Assembly (NCBI RefSeq): GCF_000189295.2
Contig: NC_016803.1
Location: 3,450,001-3,482,000 of the forward strand
Length of the DNA: 32,000 nucleotides
DNA from: Pseudodesulfovibrio mercurii
GTDB taxonomy: Bacteria; Desulfobacterota; Desulfovibrionia; Desulfovibrionales; Desulfovibrionaceae
Direction: 5' to 3'
Positions 7,125 to 14,723 of this stretch are shown here, piece by piece. The notes beneath the pieces were generated by a model. The model was not told the DNA's origin. It saw only the letters and a program-made list of their open reading frames with translations, and searched no databases. How positions within the stretch are numbered: the stretch's first letter is position 1; every line of letters begins with the position of its first letter. A program made the translations under genes and the position numbers.

Positions 7125-9286
7125 TGAGGGAGATGAAGAGACTCGGGTGGCTGGCCATCGTGGTCGCGGCCGTGGTCCTGGCGGGGCTGACGCCCTCCCG
7201 GGCCGCCACCGCGCCCGGCGCGGCCGCCGAACCCCCGGCCAAGTCCCGCAAGGACCTGACCCCCATGCCCGAGGGCTGGTCGCCCGCCGACGAGGTCAAG
7301 GCGGAGAAGGTGGCCCGCGAGGCCTACCCGTTCGTGGAGAAGGTCCTCAAGGAGGACCTGGTCCTGCGCCAGCAGCGGCTGCGCAAGCTAGGCATCGGGC
7401 CCAAGGACATCAAGCACAGCTACTTCCTGCTCGACAGTCCGCTGGTGGACACCTACGAGCGCAAGTACGAGCCCGTGCGGTTCATGCATGCCAAGCATGC
7501 GGCCGCCCTGGGCGGCGACTGTGCCTCCTGCCACCACTACCGCCCCGAGGACCCCAAGGCCTCGGAGACCGTGGCCTGTCGTTCCTGCCACCAGGACTCC
7601 TTCTCGGCCGAGCATCCCGAACGCATCGGGCTGAAGGCCGCCTACCACATGCAGTGCATGAACTGTCATGAGAAGATGAAGAAGGGTCCGGTCAGCTGCG
7701 AAGGCTGCCACACCAAGCGCCCGGTGGACCACAAGGAGCTGGTCAAGCTCCCGGAGAACCCCACCCCGCAACAGGTGACCCAGGAATGCCTGCGCTGCCA
7801 CGAGCAGGCGGGCGAGGACATGCTCGACTCGGCCCATTGGCTGTGGCGCGGCCCGTCCCCGTACACGGTGGAACACAGACAGAGCGTCATGTCCGGAAAG
7901 GGGACCACGACGCTCAACAACTTCTGAATATCCCCCATCAGCAACGAGGCTCGTTGCACATCATGCCATGCGGGATACGGTTGGAAGGACTCCACCTTTG
8001 ACTTCAAGAATATGAACAACCTCGACTGCCTGGTCTGTCACGACACCACGGGCAGCTACAAGAAGGCCCCGCCCGCGGCGGGCATGCCCGACCCCAAGGT
8101 GGACCTGCTCTACGTGGCCGGGAACGTCGGCCCCACCAGCCGCAAGACCTGCGGCGCCTGCCACTTCAGCGGCGGCGGGGGCGATGCGGTCAAGCACGCG
8201 GACATGTCCTCGGAACTGTACTGGCCGGACCGCAACTGCGACGTCCACATGGGCGGGTACAACTTCGAGTGCACGGAGTGCCACAAGACGCGCAACCACA
8301 AGATATCGGGCAGGTCCACCTCGGCCCCGGTGGCCGAAGGTTCCCGCGCCTGCGAGGACTGCCATACCTCCAAGCCTCACTACGGCGAGACCCTGCTCGA
8401 TCATCACCTGAACAAGCACTGCGAGACCGTGGCCTGCAACACCTGCCACTCGCCCATCTACTCCAAGTGCACCCCCACCAAGACGTGGTGGGACTGGTCC
8501 ACCACCGGCGACAAGGAGCGCAAGGTGGGCAAGGACAAGTACGGCAAGCCCGACTACAACTGGATGAAGGGCGACTTCCGCTGGGGCGAGTCGGTCAAGC
8601 CCGAGTACGCCTGGTACAACGGGTTCATGCGCCGGCTGCTGCTCGGCGACGTCATCAACCCCGAGGCCAAGGGCTTCAAGTCCGGCGAGCACCTGACCGA
8701 CGAGCAGAAGGCGAACATGGTGAAGACCAACATCACCGAGCCCATCGGTTCCATCGGCGACCCGCACTCGCGGATCACGCCGTTCAAGATCATGTCCGGC
8801 ATCCAGCCTGCCGACGCCAAGTACCGGTACCTGCTCATCCCGCACCTGTATCCGTACAACAAGGATGACAAGACCGCCTACTGGAAGGGCGCCGACTGGC
8901 AGACCGCCTTCAAGGAGGGCATGAAGAAGGCCAACCTGGCCTACAGCGGCGATTACATGTGGGTGGCCACGGACATGTACTGGCGCATCGAGCACGAGGT
9001 TATGCCCAAGGAGCACGCCCTGTCCTGCGTGCAGTGCCACGACAGCCTCAAGGGCGAAAAGACCTGCGACCGCTGCCATCAGGATACGCGCAACATCAAG
9101 TTCCGCGAACTGACGGAAAAGGGCGCGGACTTCGAGCTGCTCAAGATGATGGGCCGCGACGTGGGCGACCTGATCGGCCAGACCGACTACATCGACTTCA
9201 GGAAGCTCGGCTACAAGGGCGACCCGATCCTCTACGGCGGACGGTTCACCCAGCTGCCGCTCGGCCAGGGGCCGGACAAGAAGTAG
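7121..9286 (+). CDS. Periplasmic multihaem cytochrome c with 13 CXXCH motifs: a c3-like tetrahaem module fused to an octahaem tetrathionate reductase (OTR)-family module. An in-frame UGA at 7925-7927 is a probable selenocysteine codon
   Basis: ATG 7121 follows AGGAGG, and the signal peptide is [31 protein letters not shown] pieces 7121..7927 and 8012..9286 are in the same frame. The 84-nt gap translates without stops as ISPISNEARCTSCHAGYGWKDSTFDFKN and contains a haem motif. Motifs before the UGA: CASCH, CRSCH, CMNCH, CEGCH, CLRCH. Motifs after it: CTSCH, CLVCH, CGACH, CTECH, CEDCH, CNTCH, CVQCH, CDRCH. If the UGA is a real stop, this locus is a pseudogene or a split gene. Confidence 0.75.
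7941..7957 (+). other. Candidate bacterial SECIS hairpin downstream of UGA 7925-7927
   Basis: GCAACGA-GGC-TCGTTGC: a perfect 7-bp stem with a GG-containing apical loop. The stem begins 13 nt after the UGA and the loop 20 nt after it. Flanking CAT...ATG could extend the helix. This spacing and loop resemble known bacterial SECIS elements such as E. coli fdhF. Confidence 0.6.
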
Positions 9287-9312
9287 GCGCGAGACTGCGC
9301 AACCGACAACCG

Positions 9313-9350
9313 GGCCCGGCGTCTTCTGACGCCGGGCCTTTCTCTTTGTT
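9313..9350 (+). terminator. Rho-independent terminator of the FeS/NrfD/cytochrome operon
   Basis: GGCCCGGCGTC-TTCT-GACGCCGGGCC (11-bp perfect stem) followed by TTTCTCTTTGTT, 27 nt after the cytochrome stop. Confidence 0.8.
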
Positions 9351-9361
9351 CCGGGAGACGG

Positions 9362-9778
9362 CTACGGGGTCACGTGCAGGTCCAGGACAGCGTCGATGAG
9401 CGGTTTGGCCTTGACCCCGCCGCAGCTCGACTTGGAGACCTCGTTGAGCAGGATGATGACCGTGTACTCGCCGGGGACGGCAAAGGTCACGGTGGTCTCG
9501 GGATAGCCGGGCCGGACCTTGGGCTTGTCGCCCTCGGGCCGGTTCGGGAACTCCAGGTTCACGGCGGTGTAGGCCCCGGCCGGGAACCGGTAGCCGTTGA
9601 GGTCGAAGACGACCTTGACCGGCTGGCCGACCTTGGGCGCGCCGTCCAGGTGGACCCGGCCGCCGGGCACCGAGGTGTGCAGGGCGTCGGCCAGGGCCGG
9701 GCCGGACAGGAGCGCGGTCCAGGCCAGGGCCAGGACGGCGCAGGCCGCGAACAGGGTGGGGAGGGTGCGCTTTTTCAT
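9362..9778 (-). CDS. Small secreted hypothetical protein (138 aa, Sec signal peptide)
   Basis: This is the C-terminal part of ORF 9362..11263. From the ATG at 9778 it reads MKKRTLPTLFAACAVLALAWTALLSGPALA-DALHT..., a clear signal peptide, followed by beta-strand-rich sequence. I recognise no family. The upstream 495 aa of the listed ORF is a shadow of the + strand regulator gene. Confidence 0.6.
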   Translation of the reverse strand: MKKRTLPTLFAACAVLALAWTALLSGPALADALHTSVPGGRVHLDGAPKVGQPVKVVFDLNGYRFPAGAYTAVNLEFPNRPEGDKPKVRPGYPETTVTFAVPGEYTVIILLNEVSKSSCGGVKAKPLIDAVLDLHVTP

Positions 9779-9850
9779 GCCTTGATCATACGCCGGGTCC
9801 GGTATATTGCAAGACATGGGTATCCATTGGGTATACGCGAGGGAGGCGGC

Positions 9851-11185
9851 ATGAAGAACCGGTCGGGCGAGCAGCGGCACTACTGGGACATGCTCCTGGC
9901 CATGGAGCAGGAGGAGGACTATTTCCTGGAGCGCTGGTCCGTCCGCATGGAGCAGGCGGGCTACCTGGAGCACACCACGGCCAAGCGGGCGGACTGCCTC
10001 CTGGCCCTGTCCGACTTTCTGGCGCCCATGCGGGAGCACCGGGACCGGGGGCTGGCCAACCCGGACTTCCCCTGGCTCATCCGCCACGAGGGGGAGTGGG
10101 GCCGCCCGCAGATCGAGTCCGCCCGGCGGCACCGCATGCGCGGCATCACCGCCGACATGTACATCGGCTGCTTCAAGACCTTCATCCACAGCCTGGTGGA
10201 CGTCATTGAGAAGCTGGACGGCTCCTACGAGAGCAAGGTCCAGGCGCGCCGCCACGTCAAGCTCTACGGCGACGCCCTGGAGGTCCTCTTCGTGCGCGAC
10301 TGGACGCGCATCCTGCCGGACCTTGCCGCGCAGAAGCTGGACGAGGCCAACCGGTTGCTGACCCTGGAGAAGTGCCGCTACGAGAACATCCTGGACGCCT
10401 CGTCCGAGCTGATTCTGGTGGTCGGCGGCGACGGCCGCGTGACCAAGGCCAACCGGGCGGTCCAGGCCGTGCTGGAGGGACGGGACGTCATCGGCGCGCC
10501 CATCTGGGACGTTCTGTCCATGGAGGGGCAGTCCATGGAGGACCTGCTCAAGTACTACCCCGAGGGCACGTCCTGCGAGATGAACCCGTTCGACGAGGCC
10601 GTCATCTACCGCATGCAGATCAACTCCATCGGCAGCGTGTCCATGGCCAGCGACGAGTACATGCTCATGCTCAGCAACATCACGGCCCACGCGGCCCAGC
10701 GCGAGACCCTGGAGCGGGTGGTCTCCGAGCGGACCGAGGCCCTGCGCCGCGAAAAGGAGCAGCTCGAGGAGATGAACATCACCCTGCGCAACGTGCTCCA
10801 GTCCATCGACCGCGAGCGGGAGCAGCTCCTGGGCGAGGTCTCGGCCAAGGTCAACAACCTGGTCCTGCCCGCCCTGGAGCGGATCGAGAACGAGGACGAC
10901 GCGGCCATCCGCAAGGGCTACCTGACCGTGGCCAAGGACCAGCTGGCGCGGCTCGCGCCCGGCAGCGGCGGCTCGGACCCGCTGCTCCTCAAGCTGACCC
11001 ACATGGAGACCCGCGTGGCCCAGTTCATCCAGGCCGGGCACCCGTCCAAGGAGATCGCGGAGACCCTGAACATCTCCCTGGAGACCGTCCAGACCCACCG
11101 CAAGAACATCCGGCGCAAGCTCGGCCTGCACGGCAAGAGCGTCAGCCTGTACGCCCACCTCAAGACCTTGGGACTGACCGCCTGA
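9851..11185 (+). CDS. PAS-domain LuxR-family transcriptional regulator (no receiver domain)
   Basis: ATG 9851 follows GGGAGG, within ORF 9374..11185. There is a central PAS-like region (ENILDASSELILVVGGDGRVTKANRAVQAVLEG), a coiled-coil region, and a C-terminal LuxR HTH (LTHMETRVAQFIQAGHPSKEIAETLNISLETVQTHRKNIRRKLGL). Confidence 0.85.
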   Translation: MKNRSGEQRHYWDMLLAMEQEEDYFLERWSVRMEQAGYLEHTTAKRADCLLALSDFLAPMREHRDRGLANPDFPWLIRHEGEWGRPQIESARRHRMRGITADMYIGCFKTFIHSLVDVIEKLDGSYESKVQARRHVKLYGDALEVLFVRDWTRILPDLAAQKLDEANRLLTLEKCRYENILDASSELILVVGGDGRVTKANRAVQAVLEGRDVIGAPIWDVLSMEGQSMEDLLKYYPEGTSCEMNPFDEAVIYRMQINSIGSVSMASDEYMLMLSNITAHAAQRETLERVVSERTEALRREKEQLEEMNITLRNVLQSIDREREQLLGEVSAKVNNLVLPALERIENEDDAAIRKGYLTVAKDQLARLAPGSGGSDPLLLKLTHMETRVAQFIQAGHPSKEIAETLNISLETVQTHRKNIRRKLGLHGKSVSLYAHLKTLGLTA

Positions 11186-11194
11186 TCCACACCT

Positions 11195-11220
11195 GAATGG
11201 GTAGGACGGCCTACCCATTC
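11195..11220. other. Perfect 11-bp-arm palindrome GAATGGGTAGG-ACGG-CCTACCCATTC; either a terminator of the regulator gene, an operator upstream of the torD/dms-like operon, or both
   Basis: Seen directly. It lies 10 nt after the LuxR-type gene stop and 89 nt before the TorD-like ATG. No U-tract follows, so terminator function is uncertain. Confidence 0.4.
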
Positions 11221-11308
11221 TATCCCCACTTTCCCGTCTGTCGCCTTCGCGCAACATTATCATACTCGGTAATCATGATTCCCGTATGTTGTGCAGTGGA
11301 GGTGAAAC

Positions 11309-11875
11309 ATGGCGGACCAGACAGACATTCGTGACCAGGCGCGGGCCCTTCGGGACTTCTTCGCGTCGCGCGACGCAACGGACCTGAGGCGCACGGCGCT
11401 CGCCGTTTCCGGACTCTTTCACCGAGAGCTTGCGCCGGACACCGACTGGACCGGCGCGGAGTACGACTTCAACCGGCTCTTTGTCGGGCCCATGGCCGTC
11501 CCGGCCCCGCCCTACGCCTCGGCCTACCAGGTGGAGCCCGCGCTCATGGGCGGGCCGACCCTGGACGTGCGCGAGGCCTACCGCGCCCTGGGACTCCGAG
11601 TCCCGGACCAGGGGCGCACCCCGGACGATCACCTGGCCTTCGAGCTGGACCTGGCCGCGGCATTGCCGGGTCCTGGCGAGGGAGCGGCGGACGACCCGGT
11701 CCCGGCCGAGGTCCGGGAGTGGCTCATGGGCGAACACCTGCCCGGCTGGGTCCCGGCCTTCATCGGGGCCGTGGAGGCGCAGCCGGACGTGTCCGCGCCG
11801 GTGCGCATGGCCGTGGCGGCCCTGGGCGGCTGGCTCGAATCGATCCGGCCCCCGGCAGGGGCCGGCCAGGCATAG
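11309..11875 (+). CDS. TorD/DmsD-family redox enzyme maturation chaperone
   Basis: 188-aa ORF preceded by GGAGGTGAAAC. It carries family-typical motifs (EYDFNRLFVGP, PPYASAY, DHLAFELDL) and sits immediately upstream of a Tat-dependent molybdoenzyme gene. Confidence 0.8.
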   Translation: MADQTDIRDQARALRDFFASRDATDLRRTALAVSGLFHRELAPDTDWTGAEYDFNRLFVGPMAVPAPPYASAYQVEPALMGGPTLDVREAYRALGLRVPDQGRTPDDHLAFELDLAAALPGPGEGAADDPVPAEVREWLMGEHLPGWVPAFIGAVEAQPDVSAPVRMAVAALGGWLESIRPPAGAGQA

Positions 11876-11908
11876 GCAACCTTTCAACGTGATCTGGAGG
11901 AGGATCAT

Positions 11909-14152
11909 ATGACGAAACAACGTATGTTCGGCAGACGGCGATTCCTGCAAGGGGCGGCCGCGGCGGGCGCGGCGGCCATGCTGCCGTGTTCCCTGCTGGT
12001 GCCCGATCAGGCCCGCGCGGCCGCTTTCGAGGAGGGCGACTACCAGGTCTTCCGCAACGCCTGCCCGCGCAACTGCTACGACACGTGCAGCATCAAGACC
12101 TACGTCAGGGACGGGGTCGTCCAGTTCATCGAGGGCGCGCCCGAGTCCACCTTCACCAAGGGCGGCCTGTGCGTGAAGGGCTACAGCTACACGCGGCGGC
12201 CCTACAGCCCGGACCGGGTCAAGTACCCCATGGTCCAGGACGGCCGCCGGTCCGGCAAGTGGCGGCGGGTGTCCTGGGACGAGGCCCTGGACATGATCGC
12301 CAGGAAGATGCTCCAGCTGAAAGAGGAGGACGGCAGCCTGCTCGGCCTGGGCATGACCAAGTATTCCGGCAATTTCGGCATCACCAACTACGGCGTGGAA
12401 GGGCTCATGTCCTCGCTCGGCTACACCACCCGCTTCGTGGGCACCCCGTGCTGGCCCGCGGGCATCGACGCCCAGAACTACGACATGGGCAACATGTGGT
12501 GCAACGACCCCGAGGACATGGTCAAGGCGCGCTATATCATCGTCTGGGGCGCGAACCCGGCCTGGTGTTCGGTCCACTCCATGAAATACATCATGGAGGC
12601 CAAGCGGCGCGGGGCCAAGATCGTGGTCGTGGACCCCGTCTTCACCCAGACCGCGGCCAAGGGCGACGTGTTCTGGCAGCCCCGGACCGCCTCGGACGGG
12701 GCGCTGGCCCTGGGCATGGCCCGGCACATCCTGGACAAGGGGCTGGTGGACGAGGACTTCGTCCGCAATCACGGCCTCGGCTTCGACGAGTTCGCCGACT
12801 ACCTGCGCAACAACGTGACCGTTGAGTGGGCCGCCGAACAGTCCGGCATCCCGGCCCGCGAGATTATGGAGGTGGCCGAGGAGTTCGCCTCGGCCGACCC
12901 GGCGACCATCTGGATCGGCTACGGCATGCAGCGCCACACCAACGGCGGGGCGTCCGTGCGCTCCATCGACGCCCTGGTGGCCATGACCGGCAACATCGGC
13001 AAGGAGGGCGGCGGCGCGCGCTACGGCCATCTCCAGACCTGGGGCTTCAACTACCACGCCCTGATCCAGAAGCAGCCCGAGGGGTCCAAGGGATTCCTGG
13101 GAGGCGCGGCCAAGGGCGAGTTCGACTTCACCAGCGGCTCCGGGGCGAGCTACACCGACCGCACCGTGAACATCAACAAGACCGCCCAGGCCATCCTGGA
13201 CACCGCGGACCCGGCCATCCGCATGCTCTGGGTCTCCTGCAAGAATCCCTTCGGCCAGGATTTCGACCGGCCCAAGCTGGAAAAGGCCTTCGACAAGCTG
13301 GAGATGGTCGTCACCGTGGACCAGTTCTTCAACGAGACCGTGGCCAACTCCGACATCGTCCTGCCGGTGACCACCCTGTTCGAGGAATGGACGGTCAACG
13401 TCTCCTACTGGCACTACTGGCTGTCCATCAACGAGCAGGCCATCAAGCCCATGTTCGAGACCAAGTCCAACATCGAGATCGCGGCGGCCCTGTCCGGGAA
13501 GATGAACGAGCTGGCCCCCGGCTCCTGCACCTTCCCCCGGGACATCGACACCAAGGAGTGGATGGAGAAGGAGTTCAACCAGTCCATCTACGACATGTTC
13601 GGCATCGACGACTGGACCGCCCTGCGCAACGGGCCGGTCAAGGCCAGGCTCAAGTCTTCGGCGGCGTGGAGCGACAAGACCTTCGCCACCCCGTCGGGCA
13701 AGTACGAGTTCAAGTCCGAACTGTGCGCCGGAAATGGACACAAGGCCCTGCCCGAGTTCAAGTCCGGGCGCGAGAACTACGACAAGTTCCGCCTGCTGAC
13801 CCCGCACACCAAGTTCGGCCTGCACTCCCAGTTCGTCAACCTGGACTGGATGCACGAGTACGACAAGGAACCCTTCATCTACATGCACCCCAAGGCGGCC
13901 GCCGGGAAGGGCATCGCGGACCTGGACACGGTCCGGGTGTTCAACAAGGTGGGCGAGCAGAAGGCCAGGGTCAAGCTGACCGACAACGTGGCCGAGGACT
14001 GTCTGCTCATGTACGAGGCATGGTTCGGCCGGGGCAATGACTTCAACGTCCAGAACCTGGTGGACGACGAGTCCGCCGACATGGGCGCGTTCAAGGCCGG
14101 GGCTCCGGGCGTGGCCATCCACGACCAGTTCGCCGACATCGAGCGGGCGTAA
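11909..14152 (+). CDS. Tat-exported molybdopterin (bis-MGD) oxidoreductase catalytic subunit, DMSO reductase superfamily; substrate unknown
   Basis: 747 aa. Twin-arginine signal MTKQRMFGRRRFLQGAAAAGAAA...ARA. N-terminal FeS-0 motif CPRNCYDTCSIK...C. RBS GGAGGAGG. A long molybdopterin-binding body follows (IIVWGANPAW, KIVVVDPVFTQTA). Confidence 0.88.
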   Translation: MTKQRMFGRRRFLQGAAAAGAAAMLPCSLLVPDQARAAAFEEGDYQVFRNACPRNCYDTCSIKTYVRDGVVQFIEGAPESTFTKGGLCVKGYSYTRRPYSPDRVKYPMVQDGRRSGKWRRVSWDEALDMIARKMLQLKEEDGSLLGLGMTKYSGNFGITNYGVEGLMSSLGYTTRFVGTPCWPAGIDAQNYDMGNMWCNDPEDMVKARYIIVWGANPAWCSVHSMKYIMEAKRRGAKIVVVDPVFTQTAAKGDVFWQPRTASDGALALGMARHILDKGLVDEDFVRNHGLGFDEFADYLRNNVTVEWAAEQSGIPAREIMEVAEEFASADPATIWIGYGMQRHTNGGASVRSIDALVAMTGNIGKEGGGARYGHLQTWGFNYHALIQKQPEGSKGFLGGAAKGEFDFTSGSGASYTDRTVNINKTAQAILDTADPAIRMLWVSCKNPFGQDFDRPKLEKAFDKLEMVVTVDQFFNETVANSDIVLPVTTLFEEWTVNVSYWHYWLSINEQAIKPMFETKSNIEIAAALSGKMNELAPGSCTFPRDIDTKEWMEKEFNQSIYDMFGIDDWTALRNGPVKARLKSSAAWSDKTFATPSGKYEFKSELCAGNGHKALPEFKSGRENYDKFRLLTPHTKFGLHSQFVNLDWMHEYDKEPFIYMHPKAAAGKGIADLDTVRVFNKVGEQKARVKLTDNVAEDCLLMYEAWFGRGNDFNVQNLVDDESADMGAFKAGAPGVAIHDQFADIERA

Positions 14153-14160
14153 GGAGAACG

Positions 14161-14721
14161 ATGATGAAAAAGCAATACGCATTCCTGGTCGACACCGAGC
14201 GGTGCATCGGCTGCTTCACCTGCGCCATGGCCTGCCGCAACTACTACCATCAGGTGGAGGGCGTGGTCTGGCGTCAGGTCCACCCCCTGAGCGAGGAGAT
14301 CTACCCCCACCGCGAGCGGGCCTTCCTGTCGCTCTCCTGTAACCACTGCGAGAACCCGGCCTGCCTGAACGTCTGCCCGGTGGAGGCGTACACCAAGCGG
14401 GAGGACGGCGTGGTCGTCCACCATCAGGAGAAGTGCATCGGCTGCGGCAACTGCATCCGCTCCTGTCCCTACGGCGCGCCCAAGTACAACCCGGTGGAGA
14501 AGCGCGCCGAGAAGTGCAGCCTGTGCCACGAGCGCCTGGACGCCGGGCTCAAGCCCGCCTGCGTGCAGGCCTGCCCCGTGGAGGCCCTGCAACTCATCGA
14601 CCTGGCCGACTTCGAGGAGACCAACGAGGTCCAGTACCCGGCGGGCTACCCCCGGATGGAGAGTCTCAACCCGTCCACCCGGTTCGTCCTGCCCCAAACC
14701 CCCAAGATGGTCAGGAGGTAG
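14161..14721 (+). CDS. DmsB-type 4x[4Fe-4S] electron-transfer subunit
   Basis: 186 aa with four ferredoxin-type Cys clusters (CIGCFTCAMAC, CNHCENPACLNVCP, CIGCGNCIRSCP, CSLC...CVQACP). No signal peptide is present, which is consistent with hitch-hiking on the A subunit. Confidence 0.88.
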   Translation: MMKKQYAFLVDTERCIGCFTCAMACRNYYHQVEGVVWRQVHPLSEEIYPHRERAFLSLSCNHCENPACLNVCPVEAYTKREDGVVVHHQEKCIGCGNCIRSCPYGAPKYNPVEKRAEKCSLCHERLDAGLKPACVQACPVEALQLIDLADFEETNEVQYPAGYPRMESLNPSTRFVLPQTPKMVRR

Positions 14722-14723
14722 TC

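Noticed and set aside
7928-8011. Reading 7928-8011 as a genuine intergenic spacer between two separate cytochrome genes.
   Set aside because: The spacer is an open frame continuous with both flanking ORFs and contains a CXXCH motif. No RBS precedes the ATG at 8012. The downstream product would lack the signal peptide needed for cytochrome c maturation. A frameshift is also excluded, because both pieces are in the same frame. A nonsense-mutation pseudogene cannot be fully excluded.
9779-11263. The upstream 495 aa of the 633-aa minus-strand ORF 9362..11263.
   Set aside because: Only the last 138 codons (from the ATG at 9778, with a signal peptide) look like a real protein. The rest is antisense to the PAS-LuxR regulator and is low complexity.
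11873-11911. The TorD-like ORF and the molybdoenzyme ORF are in the same frame, separated by a TAG and 33 stop-free nt. Stop-codon readthrough or a fusion was considered.
   Set aside because: The stop is TAG, not UGA. A strong GGAGGAGG RBS precedes the ATG at 11909. The downstream protein begins with its own Tat signal. Chaperone and enzyme are normally separate proteins, so the frame match is coincidental.
11273-14182. 969-aa minus-strand ORF opposite the TorD-like and molybdoenzyme genes. Similar long antisense ORFs occur at 4541..6019, 5919..7121, 7961..9079, 15316..17124, 15675..17750, 17973..19400, 19297..20814, 20836..21888, 21819..22868, 24218..25501, 26899..28518, 29068..30084 and 29813..31453.
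   Set aside because: All have Arg/Gly/Pro/His/Asp-rich compositions, lack RBS and domain signatures, and lie antisense to genes with clear family-level sequence identity. They are GC-bias artefacts.
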